Shown here: positions 9,667 to 18,649 of the stretch, one piece after another | Layout: the number at the start of each line of letters is the position of its first letter | Position numbering within the stretch: the stretch's first letter is position 1 | Origin: a virus | Lineage: Duplodnaviria > Caudoviricetes | DNA: 64,000 bases | Virus record (IMG/VR): IMGVR_UViG_3300020044_010179 | Span: 1-64,000 of that record | Reading direction: 5' to 3' (one strand) | Translations under genes and position numbers: made by a program | Notes under the pieces: generated by a model | The model's database searches: none | Told to the model about the DNA's origin: nothing | The model's input: the letters and a program-made list of their open reading frames with translations, nothing else

Positions 9667-10446
9667 ATGAAAATATTAATCACCGGTAAAAATGGTTATG
9701 TTGGAAAAAGTATATATTCTTATTTGTATGCTAAATATGATATAACTATTGTAGGGAGACAAGATTTTGATTTAACTAATTGGAATGAAACCAATAAATG
9801 GTTTAAAGGAAAGCAATTTGATGTAGTTATTCATACTGCTGTAGTGGGGGGAAGTCGTCTTAAAAAAGAAGATAGTTCTATTATTGACCAAAATCTAAAA
9901 ATGCATTATAATCTTCTTGACCAACAAGATAAATACACTAAATTCATTTATTTTGGATCAGGAGCAGAAGTTCATCCAAATACCCCATATGGTTTAAGTA
10001 AGTATATCATCAATCAATCTACTAAAGATAAACCAAATTTTTATAATTTAAGAATATATGGTGTGTTTGATGAAAATGAATGGGAAACTCGTTTTATTAA
10101 AACAAATATTAAACGCTATATTAATAAAGAAGCTATTCAAATATTTGAAGATAAAATGATGGATTTCATTTATATGAAAGATTTAATTACTCTAGTAGAA
10201 CATTACATTAATAATGATGATTTACCTGGAGACATAGATTGTATGTATTTAGGAAATAAATCATATCTTTATGATATTGCTGAAATTATAAATAAATTGG
10301 ATGACTATGAAGTCCCAATTTTAAGTGGAAAAAATGCATCTTCGTATGTTGGTCATTATCATCCGTTGAATTTAGATTTTATTGGATTAGAACAAGGAAT
10401 TAAAGAAACATATAATAAACTAAAAAATGAATATAATAAACTATGA
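9667..10446 (+). CDS. NAD-dependent sugar epimerase/reductase (SDR)
   Basis: ITGKNGYVG, GSGAE, YGLSK (YxxxK) and DFIYMKD. Confidence 0.8.
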   Translation: MKILITGKNGYVGKSIYSYLYAKYDITIVGRQDFDLTNWNETNKWFKGKQFDVVIHTAVVGGSRLKKEDSSIIDQNLKMHYNLLDQQDKYTKFIYFGSGAEVHPNTPYGLSKYIINQSTKDKPNFYNLRIYGVFDENEWETRFIKTNIKRYINKEAIQIFEDKMMDFIYMKDLITLVEHYINNDDLPGDIDCMYLGNKSYLYDIAEIINKLDDYEVPILSGKNASSYVGHYHPLNLDFIGLEQGIKETYNKLKNEYNKL

Positions 10447-10664
10447 AAGATAAATATCCTAACATGAAATCAACAGTTAATACTCAAGGAGAAGTAGTAA
10501 CTCAAATTATACATTTTGTAGGTGGTATTAAAAGAACATATCATGGTATTTTAACATCATCTATAAAACAAGGCCAATTTACTAAATTTAAATGTAACGA
10601 TGGAAGTATGGTAATGATAAATGATGAAAACGTATTATGTATAGAAATTTTTACTGAAAAATAA
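10443..10664 (+). CDS. Hypothetical protein
   Basis: 73-aa ORF overlapping the upstream stop. Confidence 0.5.
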   Translation: MKDKYPNMKSTVNTQGEVVTQIIHFVGGIKRTYHGILTSSIKQGQFTKFKCNDGSMVMINDENVLCIEIFTEK

Positions 10665-10671
10665 AATAATT

Positions 10672-11175
10672 ATGATAATAGGGAATGGTAGTATAGCTAA
10701 AATACTTGAAGATAGAGATGACATAGTATTTTTTGCTTCCGGGGTTAGTAATAGTTCTTGTACAGATGAAAAAGAATATAAACGTGAATTTAATTTACTT
10801 AAATCAATAACTACAGATAATCACATTGTTTATTTTTCTAATTTAGGAATATATTATAAACAAGATAGATATACTCAACACAAACAAGAAGTAGAAGAAT
10901 ATATTAGAGATAATTATAAAAGTTATACTATAGTTAGAATAGAAGTTTGCGAATGGGTAAAAACTCCTAATACTATTTTAAATGTATTTAAACATCAATT
11001 AGCCAAAGGTATCGAACCTAAAATCCAAGATACAACTAGATATGTTTTAAGTTTAAATGAGTTTTTATATTGGATAAAAATGATCCAACCTGGTGTAAGA
11101 AATGAAATGAATATATTAGGTAGAAAATTAAATATAGCTCAAATTGTTGATGAAATTAAACAAGGTAAAATATGA
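10672..11175 (+). CDS. Short atypical SDR/epimerase-like protein
   Basis: MIIGNGSIA, FFASGVSNS and YTQHK. Confidence 0.55.
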   Translation: MIIGNGSIAKILEDRDDIVFFASGVSNSSCTDEKEYKREFNLLKSITTDNHIVYFSNLGIYYKQDRYTQHKQEVEEYIRDNYKSYTIVRIEVCEWVKTPNTILNVFKHQLAKGIEPKIQDTTRYVLSLNEFLYWIKMIQPGVRNEMNILGRKLNIAQIVDEIKQGKI

Positions 11176-12092
11176 CAAAAGTTAAAATATTTTATTTAAT
11201 AATGCCTTGGCAGATTGATTATGCATTGTTATCGTATATCCAATTTAAAAAATCTAAATATTATTTAGATAATGATATAGAAATAACAATTGATACTCAT
11301 TTGAATTTATCTAGTTACTTAATAGACTGGGATAATAGTGAATTACCAAAGGAATTCTTTATAAAAAAGTATAATGATTTAGCGGTTTTACTTAAAGATT
11401 ATAAGCATAATTCTATAATATATGATGGAGATCAAAACTATGGATTGTTAGACATGCAAAAAATATCATATGGTCCCGAGTTTGATTATTATATACCTGT
11501 ATGCCCCGATATATATTTTAGTGAAACTTTAATAGCATCTTTAATATTAGCAGCAAAAAACATTAAAAATAAATATGCAGTAATAACCCCCGAAATTTAT
11601 AAAATGTGGGATAGAACATGGGATGAAATTACTAATGAAAAATATATGAATATCCCTTATAATGATTGGGATAAAGGAGATATTTTTGATATTAGATATG
11701 ATTTAAAAACATCCAAGGATGAATTATCATTATTTCCTGTCTACCACAGCAAATGGGCTATATGGTTTGACATATATAACAAAGCATTTTATGAAGAATT
11801 ATGTCCCGTACAGGATGATTGGACAGGATATGGTCCTTGGGATTGGTATTCTAATATGTTGAGTGAGTATGCTAAATCAAAAGGAGTTGATTTTCAACAA
11901 TATCTTTTAAAAGGCCAAACAATTTTCGAATATCAAACAGGTCCCTTAAAAGAAAGAGATTTTACTAATTATTATAAAGATTTTATAAAAGTTAAAGTAG
12001 GAGCTAAAGAACAAAGAGATAATTTTGAAGCTAAAATGCAAGAATACTTAAATAAGGGAATTCAAATGTTACAAACAAAAAATATAATATGA
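11172..12092 (+). CDS. Hypothetical GT-A-like protein
   Basis: PVCPDIYF acidic motif, GYGPWD and glycan-island context. Confidence 0.4.
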   Translation: MTKVKIFYLIMPWQIDYALLSYIQFKKSKYYLDNDIEITIDTHLNLSSYLIDWDNSELPKEFFIKKYNDLAVLLKDYKHNSIIYDGDQNYGLLDMQKISYGPEFDYYIPVCPDIYFSETLIASLILAAKNIKNKYAVITPEIYKMWDRTWDEITNEKYMNIPYNDWDKGDIFDIRYDLKTSKDELSLFPVYHSKWAIWFDIYNKAFYEELCPVQDDWTGYGPWDWYSNMLSEYAKSKGVDFQQYLLKGQTIFEYQTGPLKERDFTNYYKDFIKVKVGAKEQRDNFEAKMQEYLNKGIQMLQTKNII

Positions 12093-12219
12093 TTAAAGAA
12101 AACCACTCAGGAGAAAATATTGACCAATTAATCCTTTTTTTAAATAAAATAGAAAACCAAAGAACGGTTGGAGAATCAAAATTCCCTTATTATATTAAAC
12201 AATAATTAAAAACACACAA

Positions 12220-13140
12220 ATGAAAAAATTTATAGTAACAACAACAATTAATTCACCAACAATAGCAACTCATAAATTTATTGAAATTGCTAAACGTGAT
12301 AATTGGCACTTTGTAGTTGTAGGTGATACTAAAACACCACACGCTGAGTATGAAAAATTAGACTGTACATACTTACACCCAGACAATCAAGAATTAATGT
12401 ATCCTGAATTAAGTGAGGCTATAGGTTGGAAAACCATTCAACGTCGTAATATTGGATTCGTTTATGCTTATGAACACGGAGCTGAAGTAGTAGCTACTGT
12501 TGATGATGATAATATCCCCTATGATAATTGGGGAACTGATTTATATATTGGTAAGGAAGTTGAAGTTGATTATTACTCACCTGAAATGGATGTATTTGAC
12601 CCATTATCCGTAACTAACTATCCTAATTTATGGCATAGAGGTTATCCAATTGATTATTTACAAAAACGAAATAGAGTTGAGTATAAAGGTAAAAAGAAAA
12701 TTACCCCATTAATTCAAGCAGATTTATGGGATGGTGATCCTGATATTGATGCAATGTGTAGATTGACTCAAAAACCTATTTGTAAATTTAATACTACTGG
12801 ACCATTTGCTGCTGATAAACCATCCCCATTTAATTCACAAAATACATTTATTCATAGAGATGCTTTAAAACATTATGCAGTATGGCCTTATGTAGGTAGA
12901 ATGGATGATATTTGGGGAGGATATTATACCCAAGATATGATTGGCCCTGATAAATTAATTTATAATAGAGCATCAGTCTATCAAGACAGAAATGTTCAAG
13001 ACTTAATTGTTAATTTAGAAAAAGAAATTATTGGATATAGAAATACATTAAATTTTATAATAGAACCATATACTGATAATACATGTATTCCACAGGAAAC
13101 ACAAAAATTCTTAAATATTTACTTTAATCACTTTAAATAA
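12220..13140 (+). CDS. STELLO/DUF288-like glycosyltransferase
   Basis: IVTTTINSPT, VVVGDTKTP, RRNIG, VDDDN, WHRGYP, DPDIDA, FNSQNT and RMDDIW. Confidence 0.75.
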   Translation: MKKFIVTTTINSPTIATHKFIEIAKRDNWHFVVVGDTKTPHAEYEKLDCTYLHPDNQELMYPELSEAIGWKTIQRRNIGFVYAYEHGAEVVATVDDDNIPYDNWGTDLYIGKEVEVDYYSPEMDVFDPLSVTNYPNLWHRGYPIDYLQKRNRVEYKGKKKITPLIQADLWDGDPDIDAMCRLTQKPICKFNTTGPFAADKPSPFNSQNTFIHRDALKHYAVWPYVGRMDDIWGGYYTQDMIGPDKLIYNRASVYQDRNVQDLIVNLEKEIIGYRNTLNFIIEPYTDNTCIPQETQKFLNIYFNHFK

Positions 13141-13144
13141 AAAA

Positions 13145-14002
13145 ATGCAAAGTCAGTTCAACACATTAGTAAAAACACATCATATTGCTGAAATGGCTCC
13201 TTTATTTAGCTATTTTGATGAAATAAAATATGGTAATCTTAACTATGATGCCATATGGAAATGGTCAGGTATATTAGATGCCTTTTATAAAATATATGGT
13301 GAAATTCCCGAATTTGATCAATGTATAGATATTGGGGGTGGGTTGTCTCCTATCCATTTAATAATGTCTAATTATGGAAAAGTAAAAAATGTTGATGATT
13401 GCTCCCATACAGGAGGTAAATTTTCCGGTTGGTTTCCAATAGAAGAAAACAATGTATTTTATGAAGAATCCCCTGGATTTGAGTACAATAAAGAAAACAT
13501 TGAATACATCAATTCAGACTTTATTAAATACATTCAAACAGTACCAGATAATTCAATTGATTTATATGTTGATGGTTGTTCCTTAATCCACGTAGGTCCT
13601 TGCGCTAACCATAGTTTTCATGATGGTGTTAGCGAAGTAGCTTACCATATGAATAGAACATTAAAACCAGGAGGGCATTTTATTTCTACTTGTGACATTT
13701 ATAATCCTAAATTAAAAGAAAGCTACCCAGGACTATTAAGAAATGATGGTGTTACTTACCCAGAAGCTTTATTTAAAGTCTACAGTGATTCAGGGTTAGT
13801 ACCTGTAGATGAATGTGATTATGAAGTAGAAGAATTTTATAAAAACTACAATAATAGAATTATTCCTACAGCCGATGCTCCATTCCACAAAAGATTAAAC
13901 CCTTCATTCTCTCAAAATAAAAATTTACCAGATTACCATGCTTTTAGCCAAATCCAAGATTTTCCAATGTTAATAGCTAGATTTGTATTTAAAAAACCTT
14001 AA
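13145..14002 (+). CDS. Class I SAM-dependent methyltransferase
   Basis: IDIGGG motif I and LKPGGHF post-II motif. Confidence 0.7.
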   Translation: MQSQFNTLVKTHHIAEMAPLFSYFDEIKYGNLNYDAIWKWSGILDAFYKIYGEIPEFDQCIDIGGGLSPIHLIMSNYGKVKNVDDCSHTGGKFSGWFPIEENNVFYEESPGFEYNKENIEYINSDFIKYIQTVPDNSIDLYVDGCSLIHVGPCANHSFHDGVSEVAYHMNRTLKPGGHFISTCDIYNPKLKESYPGLLRNDGVTYPEALFKVYSDSGLVPVDECDYEVEEFYKNYNNRIIPTADAPFHKRLNPSFSQNKNLPDYHAFSQIQDFPMLIARFVFKKP

Positions 14003-14006
14003 TAAA

Positions 14007-14885
14007 ATGAAAATATCAGCAGTTATAATTTCCCGAAACGACAACTACGGAGGTTACTTAAACGAAAGGGCAACTTATGCTCTTAACTCAGCAATTAATA
14101 CTTACGATGAAGTAATTTATGTAGATTGGAATTCACCTGAATATAGTTTACTTTATGATATTAAAGATAATTTACAATTAAAAGGAAATTTAAAACACTT
14201 TGTTATTACACCTGAAGTAGCTTCAATACTAACAAATAATGACCCTCAAGCTCAAAAATGTTGTGAAGTATTAGCTCGTAATATTGGTATTAGAAGAGCA
14301 ACAGGTGATTTTATTATTTCTACTAATATTGATATTATTCACCCTAAACGAGAAGATGTTGAAAAAGTAATTAATGATAGTGATAATAACACAATGATTA
14401 CTTTAAGTAGAAGAGAAACAACATGGGATATAATTAAAGAATTTCATGGTGGTGAATTAAAATACAACGAGTGGGATAAGCTTAGAGATTACATTTATAT
14501 TAACTCTGAAGAACGTAAACATGAAGAAAAAACAGTATCTAGTGATGATTATAGTATTATCAATTGTTGTGGTGATTTTCAATTAGCTCCTAAACATGTT
14601 TGGGATAGTATTCGTGGATTTGAAGAAGAATTAATATATCCTTTATTTGCTGATACTAATGTTCAAAAGAAATCAATAATGCATGGACATGGTTTAAAAG
14701 CAATTTACAACCCCCCTATGTTTCATATTAATCATGGATCTAAAGGATGGGGTGGTGGGGGAATCGCTGATGGGATTAATAAAAAATCAAATGATCAATA
14801 TAGAGCAGTAGTTCATCAACAATTAACAGAAAATACAGATTCATGGGGTTTTGGAGATACCGAAATTGAATTTGAAATCATTTAA
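14007..14885 (+). CDS. GT2-like glycosyltransferase, paralog of 5448-6371
   Basis: SRNDNYGG, YVDW, ARNIGIRRATGD, TNID and GDFQL. Start taken as ATG 14007. Confidence 0.65.
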   Translation: MKISAVIISRNDNYGGYLNERATYALNSAINTYDEVIYVDWNSPEYSLLYDIKDNLQLKGNLKHFVITPEVASILTNNDPQAQKCCEVLARNIGIRRATGDFIISTNIDIIHPKREDVEKVINDSDNNTMITLSRRETTWDIIKEFHGGELKYNEWDKLRDYIYINSEERKHEEKTVSSDDYSIINCCGDFQLAPKHVWDSIRGFEEELIYPLFADTNVQKKSIMHGHGLKAIYNPPMFHINHGSKGWGGGGIADGINKKSNDQYRAVVHQQLTENTDSWGFGDTEIEFEII

Positions 14886-14909
14886 AAGCTTGCTAACACA
14901 CCACACCCA

Positions 14910-15086
14910 ATGAGCCTATATATATACTATAACAAACACGATAAAACTAAAGAACCTCACGGTAAATTTGAGGCTATTGATTTAGAGGATGCTATTTTGG
15001 TAGCTTCCCACATCAAAAACATGAATATACAAGATTTTTTAACAGTATTTAAAGTAGAAGAATGGAAGAGACGTTCAAAAAACTAA
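14910..15086 (+). CDS. Small hypothetical protein (58 aa, not in the ORF track)
   Basis: ATG 14910 to TAA 15086 fills the gap between genes. Confidence 0.45.
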   Translation: MSLYIYYNKHDKTKEPHGKFEAIDLEDAILVASHIKNMNIQDFLTVFKVEEWKRRSKN

Positions 15087-15445
15087 GTGAATTAATTGGA
15101 AAAGGCGGTAAGATAGAAGAGAGTGAAAAATCAATTAAACGCAAAAAGGAAAAATTCTTTTTAGATATAATTTCAATTTTGTGTGAAATTGAGGCATACC
15201 AAAAAATATCTGAAAGTGTAGGAATAAGCCTGGTTAAATATGAGGATTTACATTTTCAAATAATTGAAGGATTGCTTGAAAAACAATATGGAGAACTAGA
15301 GAAAAACATAATTATATGGTGGGTATTTGAAAGCTTAAAAGAAAATGGTGAAGTTTACCCTTTAGTTTCAGAAGATGGAGTCAGACACATAATTAATACA
15401 CCTTTACAATTATACAAATTTTTAAAAAGATACGATGGAAAATAG
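15062..15445 (+). CDS. Hypothetical protein
   Basis: 127-aa ORF with coupled overlaps. Confidence 0.6.
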   Translation: MEETFKKLSELIGKGGKIEESEKSIKRKKEKFFLDIISILCEIEAYQKISESVGISLVKYEDLHFQIIEGLLEKQYGELEKNIIIWWVFESLKENGEVYPLVSEDGVRHIINTPLQLYKFLKRYDGK

Positions 15446-15734
15446 AATATGCATTAAATGTAAAGAGACAATAAATCCCTTAAGAATAAAGGCATTGCCA
15501 ACAGCAAAAACATGTGTTGAATGTTCAACTACTGGAGCAAAACGAGGAGTACCAATGATGTTTGGTGAAAAAGACCACACGTGGACAGACATTGTTTTAA
15601 TGGAACCTGAACAGTACGATGTGTATGAAAAGCACCAACAAAATTACTTTAAGGATTCTAAAGTTGAGATGCTTGATTTTGAAAAAGAAGATGCTAAAAA
15701 CGAAGAGGATATTGACTTTGACAATATAATGTAA
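15435..15734 (+). CDS. DksA/TraR-type C4 zinc-finger protein
   Basis: CIKCKETINPLRIKALPTAKTCVEC matches the DksA C4 finger; acidic tail. Confidence 0.75.
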   Translation: MENRICIKCKETINPLRIKALPTAKTCVECSTTGAKRGVPMMFGEKDHTWTDIVLMEPEQYDVYEKHQQNYFKDSKVEMLDFEKEDAKNEEDIDFDNIM

Positions 15735-15736
15735 AA

Positions 15737-16390
15737 ATGGCTCACGCAAAACCTATATCAAAAGAGGATGTACTGAGGGCAATGAAACAAACCCGCTCTG
15801 TTTTATCAGCGGCACGGTACTTAAATTGTTCCTACCAGCATTTAAAGCCGTTTATGAAGGCATATAAAGATGAGGAAACAGGTTTGTCTTTATTTGATTT
15901 ACATAAAAATCAATGTGGAAAAGGTATTCCAAAATTTATGAGCAATCATCCATTTGGAAGAAAACAACCCGCCATTGAGGATATTGTAAATGGAACAGCA
16001 GATGCTTCGTCCTTTTCACCAGATAAACTAAAGTTTAGGATGGTGGAGGCCGGATATATGATAGAGGAATGTTATTGGTGTGGGTTTAATGAAAAAAGAG
16101 AGGTTGATGGAAAAATTCCTGTAATTATGTTTTTTAAAGATGGGAATAAGCACAATTTTAGAGATGGTAACCCACAATTATCGTGTTATAACTGCTATTT
16201 TATACGTTTAGGCAACGTTTTTACTGAGCGAGACATGGAGTCTATGGAAGGCCATCAGACCGTTTATAAAACCACGGAAATGATTGATTTTAAATTGGAT
16301 GATTACCATATGAGAAAACTGGAGGAGTTAGGGGGAAATGAAAGTAGAGTTGAAACTGACCCATATGCTTTAGTTTCAAGGAAAAAGTAA
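15737..16390 (+). CDS. HTH plus degenerate HNH-fold Zn-binding protein
   Basis: N-terminal SVLSAARYLNCSY (HTH-like), CYWC...CYNC Zn ligands and a KDGN..N HNH scaffold. Confidence 0.6.
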   Translation: MAHAKPISKEDVLRAMKQTRSVLSAARYLNCSYQHLKPFMKAYKDEETGLSLFDLHKNQCGKGIPKFMSNHPFGRKQPAIEDIVNGTADASSFSPDKLKFRMVEAGYMIEECYWCGFNEKREVDGKIPVIMFFKDGNKHNFRDGNPQLSCYNCYFIRLGNVFTERDMESMEGHQTVYKTTEMIDFKLDDYHMRKLEELGGNESRVETDPYALVSRKK

Positions 16391-16689
16391 TATTTATGAT
16401 CAAAATATTATGTCTAAATCTAAAAAAGAAGGTAAACCTAAAAGAAACAGTGTAAATCTTGCTAAGAGATTAAAGCACATTGAAAACAACGATGCAATAA
16501 TAAGTAAATTGAAGGAAAATATTCATCATTAAGTGAAAAAGAAAAAACATAATAAGTTAATAAAAGACTACGATAAACAAAAACGTCGTCACCTTGAGAA
16601 ACTAGCAACAAAAATGCTAGAAAACGATGAGAAGATTAATAAATTAAAAGGAAAAAATATTAATACGGACTTTTTAAACTTATTTTAAA

Positions 16690-17004
16690 ATGGTAACAGA
16701 AATTAGTGTATTTGATAGTGAGGAATTTGAGGAATTGATTTCACAACGTGATTTGAGAATATCAAAGGCACTTGTAGAAACTATCTTAAAGAACTTAAAA
16801 GGTAGAAAAAGACACCTACACGCCCTTACAGTATTGGTAGAGCAAGATCAAACAATATATGATATAACAGTGGATAGAAATGATTTTATCACCACTTTAG
16901 AACAGAACCTTCCAGTATATGAAAAAAATGAACTGTATGAAGGATGTGCTGAAATAGTTACTGCTGTAAAATTTTTAAAAGGCAAGGATATTAAAAAGAA
17001 ATAA
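16690..17004 (+). CDS. Hypothetical protein with C-terminal UVR-like motif
   Basis: ELYEGCAEI. Confidence 0.5.
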   Translation: MVTEISVFDSEEFEELISQRDLRISKALVETILKNLKGRKRHLHALTVLVEQDQTIYDITVDRNDFITTLEQNLPVYEKNELYEGCAEIVTAVKFLKGKDIKKK

Positions 17005-17058
17005 AAGGGAATTGGATTTACAAAAGAATTTTTGTATATTTCATCTAAAAGAAAGGTT

Positions 17059-17502
17059 ATGTTAAGTGAGTTAACGTTAGAATATGAAGATGGAACAAGG
17101 GTAGTAAAAGTGGTACCAAAAAGTGAATCCACAATTTACCCCCAAAGAGACAATATTAAACATTGCACTCATAGATCTTTCAAATACGAGGTATCAAAAC
17201 ACCCTTATTTATGTGTTGCTATTGTAAAAATGGGAGAGGAATATAGAATTATGCCTGAAGGTATTAATTGTATTCCTGAAACTGAATTAAGTGATGTTTT
17301 GGTAATAGATAATTTACCTAAAGTTGTTGAAAAGCCTAAACAGGAAAATAAATGGATGTTTGAATCCTCAAGTGGAGATGGCTTTTATCAAGTAAGAGAG
17401 AATATGGGTAAATTAAAATGTAGTTGTCCTGGATCGTGGAGAGCATTTGATAAAAGATGTAAACATATTAAAGAAGTAGAAAAAGAGTTAAATATAAAAT
17501 AA
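17059..17502 (+). CDS. SWIM zinc-finger protein
   Basis: CSCPGSWRAFDKRCKH (CxC...CxH). Start taken as ATG 17059, behind a promoter motif. Confidence 0.7.
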   Translation: MLSELTLEYEDGTRVVKVVPKSESTIYPQRDNIKHCTHRSFKYEVSKHPYLCVAIVKMGEEYRIMPEGINCIPETELSDVLVIDNLPKVVEKPKQENKWMFESSSGDGFYQVRENMGKLKCSCPGSWRAFDKRCKHIKEVEKELNIK

Positions 17503-17604
17503 AAATATGAGTAAAAATTCAGCAAAACAAAACACAGAGCAGTTCCAAAGTTGGTTAAGTTGGTTAAACTATATCACTAGAAAACAAGCTAAAAAGTAAA
17601 TTTT

Positions 17605-17676
17605 GGTCCTATCGACTATCGGTTAGGTCGTCAGGTTTTCATCCTGGAAAGCGGGGTTCGATTCCCCGTAGGACTA
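17605..17676 (+). tRNA. tRNA-Glu(UUC)
   Basis: Acceptor GGTCCTA/TAGGACT, anticodon loop TT-TTC-AT and T-arm CGGGG-TTCGATT-CCCCG. Confidence 0.9.
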
Positions 17677-17762
17677 CAACAGCCTGTACCCTTGAGAAAC
17701 TCGTATTTAAAGATAAGCAGGTTGGCTTCGAAATAAAGGGGTATTAGAATAAGAAGCAATAT

Positions 17763-17866
17763 AGTCAGGTGGCGGAATGGTAGACGCTAAAATAATGGGT
17801 AAACAGCGTGCCATTGGGGTAGAACCAAGAAAGTTACGCATACAGGTTCGAATCCTGTCCTGACCA
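17763..17866 (+). ncRNA. tRNA-like element with Leu-type D-arm and an expanded, non-canonical anticodon/variable region
   Basis: AGTCAGG/CCTGACC acceptor, GCGGAATGGTAGACGC D-arm and ACAGG-TTCGAAT-CCTGT T-arm, with no 7-nt anticodon loop. Confidence 0.65.
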
Positions 17867-17940
17867 CAAAAAAACGTTGGTGGAAACACTAAAGAGCATA
17901 ATGATATCAGCTCCAGCAGGTTAAGCGTGCCCTGCAATAT

Positions 17941-18010
17941 AGTCAGATGGCGTGTTGGCATACGCACCCGATCATAAGGGAGATAATGGGTTCGATTCCT
18001 AATCTGACTA
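17941..18010 (+). tRNA. Degenerate tRNA-like element (CAT in loop; Met/Ile-like pseudo-tRNA)
   Basis: AGTCAGA/TCTGACT acceptor, GCGT/ACGC D-stem, only a 3-bp CCC/GGG anticodon stem and a mismatched T-stem. Confidence 0.55.
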
Positions 18011-18069
18011 CGCAAAAAACATTGAACTGAGTTTCCTTGCCGCAAGGTGGGTTTTACAAGTTCAACTAT

Positions 18070-18143
18070 GCGTCTGTAGCTCCAATTGGTAGAGCATCGG
18101 ATTCCAAATCCGAGTGTTAGTGGTTCAAATCCATTCAGGCGTG
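18070..18143 (+). tRNA. tRNA-Trp(CCA)
   Basis: GCGTCTG/CAGGCGT acceptor, GCTC/GAGC D-stem, TCGGA-TTCCAAA-TCCGA anticodon arm and TTCAAAT T-loop. Confidence 0.9.
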
Positions 18144-18183
18144 CAAGTGCAAGAGTTCTTTGACATATAAAAATTTAAAAAAC

Positions 18184-18567
18184 ATGATAGAAATCACATC
18201 ATATGTTTTAGGTATGCTTACGATTACAGCAGTATTATTATTGATTGCTTTAGTTGTAGGTATGGTTAAGATAAGCAAATTAGAAAAAAAAATAAGTGAA
18301 CATCAAAAACAATTCGATATTGTATATGAAAATATGAGCCGCAGTGAAGAATATCTTCGTCGATTGCTTGAAGATACTCATCGCGATATCAATATGGTTG
18401 AAAAAACAATAATGAATCAAGTTCAACAAATTGATCAAGAACATCACAAAATAGAAGATGAAATTCATCGAGAAATTGATCAAACAAAATCCTATATTGA
18501 TTCTCGAATCGATAAGGTAGTATTACAAGGTTCTCTTGTGGGATCAAAAGAATTAATTAAAGGATAA
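18184..18567 (+). CDS. Membrane-anchored coiled-coil protein
   Basis: N-terminal hydrophobic helix followed by heptad-rich sequence. Confidence 0.6.
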   Translation: MIEITSYVLGMLTITAVLLLIALVVGMVKISKLEKKISEHQKQFDIVYENMSRSEEYLRRLLEDTHRDINMVEKTIMNQVQQIDQEHHKIEDEIHREIDQTKSYIDSRIDKVVLQGSLVGSKELIKG

Positions 18568-18597
18568 ACTAACCGTTAAAAACTCTTGTACTTTTAT

Positions 18598-18626
18598 TTG
18601 GCTTTTAAAATTTTTTTTCGTATATT
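18598..18626 (+). promoter_or_regulatory. Sigma70-like promoter TTGGCT-N17-TATATT
   Basis: The same 17-bp spacing recurs at 12168, 17012 and 37667 ahead of gene starts. Confidence 0.65.
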
Positions 18627-18649
18627 CCATTATAAAAAAGGAAAAACCA

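Noticed and set aside
17866-17940. Hammerhead ribozyme in spacer B (GAAAC present)
   Set aside because: The CUGANGA core is absent
17707-18045. 112-aa minus-strand ORF
   Set aside because: It is the antisense of the tRNA cluster; the higher GC content removes stop codons
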